Source: a candidate division WWE3 bacterium RIFCSPLOWO2_12_FULL_36_10 (GTDB lineage Bacteria; Patescibacteriota; WWE3; UBA101185; UBA10185). Taken from it: a stretch of DNA of 34,741 nucleotides. The DNA lies in the NCBI GenBank assembly GCA_001772985.1, contig MEVN01000034.1:1-34741 (forward strand), read 5' to 3'. Shown in pieces: positions 24,128 to 32,241 of this stretch. Under the pieces are notes generated by a model. That model did not search any database, had not been told where the DNA came from, and saw nothing but the letters and a program-made list of their open reading frames with translations. The stretch's first letter is position 1. Each line of letters starts with the position of its first letter. The position numbers and the translations under genes are program-made.

Positions 24128-26470
24128 TTATTCTGTAGAAAACCCTACCGCTTTAATGGTTACAGTGTTTTTGAATTTATTTTTTGTGTCTATTTTTATT
24201 AATATATCCTTTATTTCTTCCTGATTACCGTTTATGTCTTGAGCTTTATATTGTATAGAAACTATTCCTTCTAAATTAATTGTAAAGGGGGTTATATATT
24301 CGTTCCAATCTTCTTCGCCATTTATTGAGTAGAAAACTTTATCCAAGTCCGTTGTGGCTGAAGAAAAAGTAATTAGCGGATACGTTTTATACCAGCCATC
24401 AATTTGATTATCACTAATCGTAATTTGAGTCTCCGGAGCTTGGGCATCAATTTTTTCACCCATTACAGCAAAGTCTGAGAAATGACTTGTTATAGCTGAA
24501 ATTTTATTTTTTGATAAATCAAGAGTTGATTCAAGTGATTTCCAAGTATTAGCAATTTCATCCAAATAATATATTTTTAAAGTTTCAAATTTGACATTCT
24601 TTAGTTCTGAAAGAGTTAGGTCTATTTCTAAGGTTGATAGGAAATCTACGTTTAGTTTTTCCCCAAGATTAGAATACAGATTAACTATAAAAGAAGTGTT
24701 TGGAATGTAAGTTAGAACATTTTGAATTTTTGCAAGTTGTGGCTTTGAGTTTGATTCTATAAAAATAGTGGAATTTCCGATGGTAGAATTGTTAGGAAAT
24801 ATAATTTTCTTATTTTCAAGCACAACTTCTTTAGTGCTTTGGCTTAAATACGATGCCAAATCTTTTTTTGAGATTTTCCAGAGATATTCGCTTGATGTTC
24901 CGGTGTGATTTCCCAAAGCATCGGACCATTTAAAAGATTCCCACGGGTCTTCCGGTTGGTTTACGTTTTGGCTATCCCAACCAAAGGGATCTGTTTTTAT
25001 GCTTGGGTTCTCGATTTTAGCAATTGAAAAATGAAGATGAGGGCCTGTTGTATTTCCGGTCATGCCAACAAGTCCAATTTGGCTACCTGTATCTATCCAG
25101 ACCGGACCAGTAGTTGTTATAATGCCGGCTTTTTGCAGATGAGCATAAATAGTTTGATATCCGTTTTGATGGTTGATTTGTATATAATTTCCAAGTCCGG
25201 TTTTATTGTAACCGTACGTAGCAAACCCGGGAGCCGGGGCAACAATTTTTGTGCCGTATGGAAGTGAAAAATCATAACCATCGTGACTGCTGTAATACAT
25301 TTTCGGTTCCTTTTCCCTAATTCCTAAGTAGTTAAGTGTTGTTCCTTTTGCGCTAATTGGTTCGGAGAAATATGGATATCCAAGGAGAGGGTATTCGTGA
25401 TCAAAAAAAGTGTAAATCTTTTCTATTAATTCATTTTCGTTTTTGACTTTCCAAGGTGTATTAAGAAAGGGTAAAACGTTTGACTCTTGTTTTGGAATTG
25501 TATATTTATAAATTCCGTCAGACGGAGTTGCTGTAAAAATAAGCGAGGGTGCGGAAAAAAGCCATGAGATATCTACTACATTTCCGTCCGTGAATGGCAG
25601 ATTAAGAAAGGCGTCTTCCCAAGTTAATCCAAAGTCTACTGATTTAAAAATTGTAAACTTAAGACTGATTGGATTTTGTTTACCCGCATAAAATACTCCG
25701 TTGTAATATTTGATAGCTCCTGTTGGAAAATTTCCCCAGTTTGCAACTTTTGACCAATTTTTTCCGTAATCAGTTGATCGGTATAAACCGGTTGAATTGG
25801 AGTTTCCGGCCAAAATAACATTTTTATATATTTCGATATACTTTATTTTTAAATCTTTAAGTTGTGGTAATTCGTTCCAAGTACTTCCATAATCATTTGA
25901 GATAAAGGTTTGAAGGCCGGTTGATGCGATAACTGTATTATCGTAACCTGAAATCTCACTTATTTGCGGACCGAAAAATCCGTCACCGATTTTTTGTTCC
26001 CACGTTACTCCATCGTCTTTTGAAATCCAAAGTCCTTGACTGTATGTACCAAGTATTACCGAATTTGTTGTAGCCAAAACGCTTGATGCCGAAAAATTAT
26101 TTCCATAATGCTGCCAAGTAATTCCTTTATCAACTGATTTAAAAAATCCATTCTCGTTTCCCACATTGTAGTAAGTTGAAACGTATAAATTTTGATTAAG
26201 GTACGAAATATCTGTTACGCCTCGACCATTTAAGCCAAGTTTTGTCCACGAGTTTCCAAGATCGGAACTTACATAAACTCCATTATGAGGATTTAACCAT
26301 AAACGTGTATCATATTCTCCGGCCATTATTCCCCAGGGAGTAGTTTCTATTGTTGAAACGTTAGCACTGTTTAAATTTGTTTTTGTCCACTGGTTATCTG
26401 CGTATGTTATTTTAGAACAAAACAAGAAGCTAAAGATTAAAAATATTAAAACTAAAATTTTATATTTCAT
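24128..26470 (-). CDS. Secreted BNR/Asp-box beta-propeller fused to an M23 metallopeptidase and C-terminal Ig-like region
   Basis: Signal/TM N-terminus. Six SxDxGxxW boxes (SSDLGNSW, SVDKGITW, SKDDGVTW, SNDYGSTW, STDYGKNW, SVDFGLTW). M23 motifs HDGYDF and GNTTGPHLHF. Confidence 0.8.
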   Translation of the reverse strand: MKYKILVLIFLIFSFLFCSKITYADNQWTKTNLNSANVSTIETTPWGIMAGEYDTRLWLNPHNGVYVSSDLGNSWTKLGLNGRGVTDISYLNQNLYVSTYYNVGNENGFFKSVDKGITWQHYGNNFSASSVLATTNSVILGTYSQGLWISKDDGVTWEQKIGDGFFGPQISEISGYDNTVIASTGLQTFISNDYGSTWNELPQLKDLKIKYIEIYKNVILAGNSNSTGLYRSTDYGKNWSKVANWGNFPTGAIKYYNGVFYAGKQNPISLKFTIFKSVDFGLTWEDAFLNLPFTDGNVVDISWLFSAPSLIFTATPSDGIYKYTIPKQESNVLPFLNTPWKVKNENELIEKIYTFFDHEYPLLGYPYFSEPISAKGTTLNYLGIREKEPKMYYSSHDGYDFSLPYGTKIVAPAPGFATYGYNKTGLGNYIQINHQNGYQTIYAHLQKAGIITTTGPVWIDTGSQIGLVGMTGNTTGPHLHFSIAKIENPSIKTDPFGWDSQNVNQPEDPWESFKWSDALGNHTGTSSEYLWKISKKDLASYLSQSTKEVVLENKKIIFPNNSTIGNSTIFIESNSKPQLAKIQNVLTYIPNTSFIVNLYSNLGEKLNVDFLSTLEIDLTLSELKNVKFETLKIYYLDEIANTWKSLESTLDLSKNKISAITSHFSDFAVMGEKIDAQAPETQITISDNQIDGWYKTYPLITFSSATTDLDKVFYSINGEEDWNEYITPFTINLEGIVSIQYKAQDINGNQEEIKDILIKIDTKNKFKNTVTIKAVGFSTE

Positions 26471-26518
26471 TATTCACCCTAATATACATTGCAATATTAT
26501 TTGCGCAATAACCAGAAA

Positions 26519-26546
26519 TCTACTCTGAGTAGACATAGTGTATAAT
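26519..26546 (+). promoter_or_regulatory. Candidate promoter: 15-nt palindrome over the -35 region plus TGTATAAT
   Basis: TCTACTC-T-GAGTAGA at 26519-26533; TATAAT at 26541-26546 is preceded by TG. The SD AAGGAG at 26566-26571 precedes ATG 26579. Confidence 0.4.
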
Positions 26547-26578
26547 GACGCCACCTGGATCAAAGAAGGAGAAACGAG

Positions 26579-26932
26579 ATGAGTCTCACAGTAGTGCATG
26601 TTAGTGGTGATGAAGATCGGTGGCGCGGTCAAATTAATTATTTGCTACGTTCATCGAGAATTTTTTCTAATATCTTTTGTTTTGATATCGAGGGAATGGA
26701 AAGATTTTTGGCTGAAGTTGGACTTAGGCCAACCATTGTCCTTGTTAATTACTTTGTAGAAAAACTAGGTGATGGAGCAGGATTTGCAAGGAAACTTAAG
26801 GAAAGTGGCATACCGGTAATTATTATTGGAGCGGATTTTGTTGTTGGATTTAATCCCAGAGATGAATGTCTTACAAGGGTTAATCTTCCAAGTGATTTAG
26901 TTCCTTTAATTAGGAGAAGGTTAAGTTTGTGA
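26579..26932 (+). CDS. Stand-alone receiver (CheY-like)-fold protein, pseudo-receiver (acceptor Asp replaced by Asn)
   Basis: Beta-alpha periodicity typical of REC. VVHVSGDED is at the beta1 end, IVLVNYF sits where LxxxD is expected, and VIIIGADF is at beta4. Confidence 0.5.
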   Translation: MSLTVVHVSGDEDRWRGQINYLLRSSRIFSNIFCFDIEGMERFLAEVGLRPTIVLVNYFVEKLGDGAGFARKLKESGIPVIIIGADFVVGFNPRDECLTRVNLPSDLVPLIRRRLSL

Positions 26933-26966
26933 GTTGCTTGCGAACCTACCAGTGAGGAGGGATGAA

Positions 26967-27302
26967 ATGGAAAAGAGTGTTCTTCTGGTCTCAGGCGATG
27001 AGGGCTTTAGAACCAGAGTTGCGGAGCTTGTTCGTGGCAGAGGATTTATTTGTGTAACAGCAAACAGTATTTCAGATGCTTCTGAGGCTCTCAAAAGAGC
27101 TATTTACGACCTAGTTTTGATTGATTCAAATGTTGGGCCGGAACTTTTGGTAAGGGAATTCGTCAAAATATTACTTGAACACAAACAAAAGGTTTTGGTT
27201 TTCGTTTTAATTATTCCTGATTGGGTAGGGTTAGAAGTTCCTCTTATTCTGCGGACGCTAGTTAACGAGCAGTTACCGGATTGGATGGAGAAAAATGGAT
27301 AA
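26967..27302 (+). CDS. Stand-alone receiver (CheY-like) domain protein retaining the acidic pocket and acceptor Asp
   Basis: MEKSVLLVSGDEG (acidic pair) and DLVLIDSNV (acceptor Asp position). The start is placed at ATG 26967, which has the SD GAGGAGGG 5 nt upstream, rather than at TTG 26934. Confidence 0.55.
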   Translation: MEKSVLLVSGDEGFRTRVAELVRGRGFICVTANSISDASEALKRAIYDLVLIDSNVGPELLVREFVKILLEHKQKVLVFVLIIPDWVGLEVPLILRTLVNEQLPDWMEKNG

Positions 27303-27651
27303 ACCACTCATGGTTGTGCTCGTTAAGGGCGGAATTAGGACACGGATAGTTGGGTTTTTGGCGACAAAAAGAGTACCATTCGCGCCTTTTGGTGATTTCG
27401 ATTCAGCAGAAGTGGCTTATAAACGGGAAGATTATAGCGGGGTGATATTTTATTGCGGAGCTTCTGATTGGCCAAAAATTGTGCCTTTTGCAAACAGACT
27501 TGTAAGGGAAAAAGTACCTGTAGTGGTAATTTCATGGAGCATACTAAGTTTTTCCGGATTGGATGCACCTTTTATTTCTACATCCGGATGGGATGGGGAT
27601 TATATGAAAAGCGTAAGGCAATGGTTAAAAACTAACCACTTTGTCAGTTAG
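27295..27651 (+). CDS. Stand-alone receiver-fold-like protein, pseudo-receiver (acidic pocket and acceptor Asp lost)
   Basis: Same length and beta-alpha pattern as the two preceding ORFs (MVVLVKGG, GVIFYCGAS, VVVISWS). Has 8-nt overlap with the previous gene. Confidence 0.5.
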   Translation: MDKPLMVVLVKGGIRTRIVGFLATKRVPFAPFGDFDSAEVAYKREDYSGVIFYCGASDWPKIVPFANRLVREKVPVVVISWSILSFSGLDAPFISTSGWDGDYMKSVRQWLKTNHFVS

Positions 27652-27657
27652 CCTTTT

Positions 27658-27695
27658 GGCGCGGAATATTCAAAAGATAAACCGCGCCGTTTTTT
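27658..27695 (+). terminator. Rho-independent terminator of the receiver-like operon
   Basis: GGCGCGG (27658-27664) pairs with CCGCGCC (27682-27688), followed by GTTTTTT. Confidence 0.75.
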
Positions 27696-27848
27696 AAGGA
27701 TAATCCTAGATAGACCCTAATTTCTGCCACTATATCAATGTCATGAATTTAGGAATACAAACGACCGTTGTTTCTCCTCATACCTGAAGGTTTTTAAAAA
27801 ATAATCCAATCGTATTTAAACCGATTTTGTTAAGATGCCAACCTTTCC

Positions 27849-27872
27849 AAGGATTATCCTAGGATAATCCTT
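27849..27872. promoter_or_regulatory. Perfect 24-bp palindrome AAGGATTATCCT/AGGATAATCCTT: probable operator
   Basis: Exact inverted repeat. The GGATAATCC/GGATTATCC core recurs at 27698-27707 and 28008-28017. Confidence 0.55.
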
Positions 27873-27971
27873 ATTACATATTATAAATACAACGGATTTT
27901 TAGGAAACAAGAAACAATGACTAACATAATTTCTTGCTATAACATCAAGTTGGTGTAAACCGGATAATTCT

Positions 27972-29366
27972 ATGCCGTCTTATCAAACGTTTTCACGGTT
28001 GGTCTTGGATTATCCTCATCACACCCATTTTATTGATATAATTCCCGTGATGGGAAATATCATAAATGAACTAAAATTAAAGAACCCCGATCTTAAAGAA
28101 GCTGAAATTGAAGGCATTCTTTATATACTTTTAAATAGTAAATCTCTGACTAATAATGAACTGGTAAGATTAACAGGACTTCCAAAAGAAACTCTTAAAC
28201 AGTTTAAATTTTCAATTGCCAATTTTCTTAAGGAAGCGAAAGATGAAGCCGTTAGCTTAAATGAAGATGGTATTAAAATAATCTCTGACTTAAAACTTAA
28301 GCCAAGTACTTTGCCGTTGTTAAAATTTCATAATCCTGATTTAGTAAAAAAACTTAAAGAAATTAGAAAAAAACACAATCTAATCCCAAAAAGAGAACTG
28401 GATCAATTTTTTGCAACGGAAGAAACTTCAATATCAAAAGCTGAGATAGTAAATGCAAAAGGTTTAATTAAAAACAAAAGTATCGCGGTTTTAGGAGATG
28501 ACGATTTAGCTTCAATTTCAATTGCATTATTAAACCCAAGTTACGAAAATATCGTTGTTTTTGATGTAGATGATGAAATATTAAAAGTAGTTCGTGATAT
28601 TGCAAAAGAATACGATTTAAAAAATGTTCAAACTCAAGTTTACAGCGTGTTTGATATTTTAAAAATTGAATTTAAACATAAATTTGACGTTGTTTTAATT
28701 GACCCGCCGTACACAAAGCGAGGCGTTAGCCTATTTTTAGCAAGGTCAATCCAACTTTTAAAAAAGCCTTTGAATTTTGCAGGACCTTTTATTTTCTTTA
28801 ATTATGGAAATAGCTTTAAGAATCCTCAAAAAACCTTAGAAATACAGGAATTAATTTCAAGCTATAAAATGGTAATAGAAGATAAAATTGACAAATTTAA
28901 TTCTTATTATGGTGCTGAATCTATTGGAAGCTCAAGCTCTGTTTATGTACTAAAGTTAACTCCCGCTACAAAAGTTTCGGATCATAAAGGACTTGGAAAG
29001 ATTTATACTTATGAAAAACAAGAGGAAGATGAATTTCCGTTCACGAGCCATTACGTTTTTAAATTGTTTGATGTGCCGGGAAAAATAATTCAAGACGAGA
29101 AAAAGTTAGAAAATATTACTCTTGATTTTTGTACAAAACACAATTTAAAAGTTAAGGAGGTTTTTGTGACAAAATTTAAACCTCATGGTTGTACTATTAC
29201 TGTAGTCTTATCAAACTCTAATTTATTAATTCACACTTGGTACAAAGAAAGGGCAGTTCATATAGATTTAGTTGTTTGTACTGAAATTTATAAAGAAAGC
29301 GAGATGATATTAACTCTTGCGCAGCTTTTTGCAACTGAAAAGATTGAATATAAAAAGATTGAGTAG
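27972..29366 (+). CDS. Fusion protein: BpsA-like (DUF43) aminopropyltransferase plus a C-terminal class-1 S-adenosylmethionine decarboxylase-like (SpeH-type) domain
   Basis: The middle region has VLGDDDLASISIAL and FDVVLIDPPYT (DUF43/BpsA hallmarks). The C-terminal 110 aa align to pyruvoyl AdoMetDC, with GCTITVVLSNSNLLIHTWYKERAVHIDLVVC matching [31 protein letters not shown]. The start codon is uncertain because there is no SD. Confidence 0.65.
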   Translation: MPSYQTFSRLVLDYPHHTHFIDIIPVMGNIINELKLKNPDLKEAEIEGILYILLNSKSLTNNELVRLTGLPKETLKQFKFSIANFLKEAKDEAVSLNEDGIKIISDLKLKPSTLPLLKFHNPDLVKKLKEIRKKHNLIPKRELDQFFATEETSISKAEIVNAKGLIKNKSIAVLGDDDLASISIALLNPSYENIVVFDVDDEILKVVRDIAKEYDLKNVQTQVYSVFDILKIEFKHKFDVVLIDPPYTKRGVSLFLARSIQLLKKPLNFAGPFIFFNYGNSFKNPQKTLEIQELISSYKMVIEDKIDKFNSYYGAESIGSSSSVYVLKLTPATKVSDHKGLGKIYTYEKQEEDEFPFTSHYVFKLFDVPGKIIQDEKKLENITLDFCTKHNLKVKEVFVTKFKPHGCTITVVLSNSNLLIHTWYKERAVHIDLVVCTEIYKESEMILTLAQLFATEKIEYKKIE

Positions 29367-29378
29367 TAAAATATAAAT

Positions 29379-29681
29379 ATGGCAAACATGAAAGCAAATT
29401 CAGGAGAAGCTTTTGTTCCGGAAGAATTACGTAAAGAGGGTGAGTTGTCTGAAAGCGAGTCTATTGTTAGGCAATTAGGTCAAGAGGGGGCAGTAGAGAG
29501 TATAGTTGATGAAAGCGGAGACGTTGAAGATGTTACAAATTTGAGCACGGAGGATGAAGGAGCTGTAGAGGATTGGAGAGTCGAACTTGAGAAAGCAAAC
29601 GAAGAGGATTTGGGAAAAGGGTCTGCTAATGATATTCCAGACTTGGGTCAAAGATTAAACGGTAACACTCCAACTGTGTGA
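29379..29681 (+). CDS. Highly acidic, low-complexity hypothetical protein (100 aa)
   Basis: An ORF directly downstream of the fusion gene. Glu/Asp-rich with a repeated EGAVE(S/D) unit. No fold-like pattern. Confidence 0.45.
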   Translation: MANMKANSGEAFVPEELRKEGELSESESIVRQLGQEGAVESIVDESGDVEDVTNLSTEDEGAVEDWRVELEKANEEDLGKGSANDIPDLGQRLNGNTPTV

Positions 29682-29692
29682 TTTCCCCGTCA

Positions 29693-29721
29693 TTGACATA
29701 GCAACTTTTAATTGTTATCTT
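29693..29721 (+). promoter_or_regulatory. Candidate 16S rRNA promoter (TTGACA-17-TATCTT)
   Basis: TTGACA at 29693-29698, a 17-nt spacer, TATCTT at 29716-29721. It lies ~95 nt upstream of the 16S 5' end. Confidence 0.5.
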
Positions 29722-29787
29722 TGCCATGCGAAAAAAGTACATTGAAAATTTATCTAAGTTTAAGTAAGAGCAAATGCTTTTCATTAA

Positions 29788-29815
29788 TTTCAAGAGATGG
29801 AAAGCGAAAAGAATG
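29788..29815 (+). other. 5' strand of the 16S precursor processing stem
   Basis: Complementary over 28 positions (including G-U pairs) to 32200-32227, immediately flanking the 16S gene. Confidence 0.7.
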
Positions 29816-30796
29816 TTTTTTTGAGAATTCGATCCTAGTTCAGGACGAATGCTAGCGGCGTGCCTAAGGTATGCAAGTCTAACCCCGCCTTTGGCGGAGT
29901 GGCGAACGGCTGAGTAATACGCAGGAATCTACCCTCAAGTAAGGAATAACCCACCGAAAGGCGGGATAATACCTTATGTGGTGGCAACACTAAAGTCTGT
30001 ATTTCCGCAAGGGAATACATTCGCTTGAAGACGAGCCTGCGGCCTATCAGTTAGTTGGTGGGGTAAAAGCCTACCAAGACTATGACGGGTACCGGGCCTG
30101 AGAGGGCGTACCGGCAGAGGGGCACTGAGACACGGGCCTCACTCCTACGGGAGGCAGCAATCGGGAATATTGCGCAATGGACGAAAGTCTGACGCAGCGA
30201 CGTCGCGTGGAGGATGAAGGCCTTCGGGTTGTAAACTCATATTAAAAAGCACCGGCTAACTACGTGCCAGCAGCAGCGGTCATACGTAGGGTGCAAGCAT
30301 TGTCCGGATTTATTGGGCGTAAAGAGTTCTGTAGGCGGTAGTGTAAGTCAATGGTTAAATCCTTCAGCTTAACTGAAGAACTGCTTTTGATACTGCATTA
30401 CTAGAGATAGTTAGGGGGCATCGGAACCTATGGTGAAGCAGTGAAATGCGTTGATATCATAGGGAACACCAAGGGGGAAGCCAGATGCCTGGGACTGTTC
30501 TGACGCTGAGAGACGAAAGCGTGGGGAGCGACACGGATTAGATACCCGTTTAGTCCACGCTGTAAACTATGCCTGCTGGATACCTGAAGTAATTTGGGTG
30601 TCGAAGTTAACACGTTAAGCAGGCCGCCTGGGGAGTACGGTCGCAAGGCTAAAACTCAAAGGAATTGGCGGGGACCCGCACAAGCGGTGGAGCATGCTCT
30701 TTAATTGGTTGCTAACCCAAGAACCTTACCCAGACTTGACATTCGCCTGCAAATCCATCGAAAGGTGGACATCCTTAGAGGGTGGCTAACAGGTGT

Positions 30797-30830
<34 letters not shown>

Positions 30831-31057
30831 ACCCTTAAGTGGGTTAACGAGCGCAACCCCTATTGCTAGTTGTATCACTCTAGCGAAACTGCCTCGGTAA
30901 CGGGGAGGAAGGTGGGGACGACTTCAAGTCGGTATTGCCTTTATGTCTGGGGCTAGAAGCATGCTACAATGGCGCATACAACAAGTTGCAACGCGGTAAC
31001 GCGAAGCTAATCTTTAAAAGTGCGTCTCAGTTCGGATTGAGGGCTGAAACTCGACCT

Positions 31058-31091
<34 letters not shown>

Positions 31092-31215
31092 ACATACTGC
31101 GGTGAATACGTTCTCGGGTCTTGCACACACCGCCCGTCACGTCAGCAAAGCTGGGGCCACCTTAAGTCTGACGTTAGTTGGCCCAAGGTGGAATCAGTGA
31201 TGAGGATGAAGTCGT

Positions 31216-31983
31216 GTAATAGTAAGTGTTGCGACTTGCAAAAGTAATTTTGCAAACAAAATTGGCTAATAACGGTGGAGTCCGCCTTAGGCGGATAATA
31301 TCCGTGGGAAGTTCATATAAAAATGAACCCCGTATCGACTGATATTCTAATATGTATTGTATAATATTAGGATGAGATGCAGAGGATTTGATAGAAAAAA
31401 TATCAATAGTAAAATTCTGCATAATACGCCAACGCCTAAGATAACAAAATCCTATTTACTTGGGATTTTGCATGATGCTACAGAGAGAAAATATACTTTT
31501 AGAATTTCTCAAAAGTCTGAAGAATATATTAAATTTCTTTCACGTGGAATAGAAGAACTTGGCTATTCTGCATGGACTTACAGAGAAGGTAAAACAAGAA
31601 ACGTTTATATCGTGGAATTTTCTAAAAGGTTGTTAGAAGATGTAAATCTGGAGAATTTAGAAGATAAAAGAGATTACATTAGAGGATACTTTGACGCGGA
31701 AGGAAGCGTTCCAAAGGACTCGAATAGCAGATATTACGTTTATTTTTCCCAAAAGAATTTGAAGGATTTGAGTATATTACAATCCTACATGTTTGAGTTT
31801 GGGTTAGACTGTGGAAGAATTCATATTCCTAGTCAAAAAGTAGATCCGGATTATTTTAGGTTTTATCTACTTGGTGAATCTAAATATAAATTCGCTTCTA
31901 TAATTGGATCTTTGCATCCAAATAAATGTAACCGCCTTAGGATGAAGATATAGTCAGCACCACTAGTAATAGTGGATTAAGCG
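31216..31983 (+). mobile_element. Group I intron in 16S rRNA (inserted inside the GAAGTCGT/AACAAGG segment), carrying a homing-endonuclease ORF
   Basis: The 5' exon ends in U and the intron ends in G. The internal guide GCGACTT (31231-31237) pairs with exon AAGTCGT (31209-31215), giving the U-G pair at the splice site. The adjacent TGTT (31227-31230) can pair with 3' exon AACA (P10). Confidence 0.8.
31357..31953 (+). CDS. LAGLIDADG-family homing endonuclease (double-motif)
   Basis: Two LAGLIDADG-type motifs, YLLGILHDATE and YIRGYFDAEGSV, about 100 aa apart. Located entirely inside the intron. The true start may be a downstream Met. Confidence 0.85.
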   Translation: MYNIRMRCRGFDRKNINSKILHNTPTPKITKSYLLGILHDATERKYTFRISQKSEEYIKFLSRGIEELGYSAWTYREGKTRNVYIVEFSKRLLEDVNLENLEDKRDYIRGYFDAEGSVPKDSNSRYYVYFSQKNLKDLSILQSYMFEFGLDCGRIHIPSQKVDPDYFRFYLLGESKYKFASIIGSLHPNKCNRLRMKI

Positions 31984-32199
31984 AACAAGGTAGCCGTAGG
32001 GGAATCTGCGGCTGGATCACCTCCTTTCTGGAGAAAAAACGTATTTTGATCTTCGGATCCTTTTCTGATTTAGTCAGCAAAGACCGAATGAAAAAACAAA
32101 TACAACTCATGGGCTATTAAGCTTGTAACCCATGTGAAAGTCTGTACTCTCACGTATAGACAAAGCGAGTTCGAAGTAAGCTACAAACTTCAAATCGAG

Positions 32200-32227
32200 C
32201 ATTCTTTTCGCTTTTTGTTTCTTGAAA
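32200..32227 (+). other. 3' strand of the 16S precursor processing stem
   Basis: CATTCTTTTCGCTTT TTGTT TCTTGAAA pairs with 29788-29815. The SD of the Nudix gene begins 3 nt after it. Confidence 0.7.
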
Positions 32228-32241
32228 CTTAGGAAGTAGAG

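Noticed and set aside
29741-29770. A second rRNA promoter (TTGAAA...TAAGAG) and a boxA-like antitermination element in the 16S leader
   Set aside because: The hexamers are poor, and no sequence close to the boxA consensus (TGCTCTTTAACAA) was found. Support is not enough.
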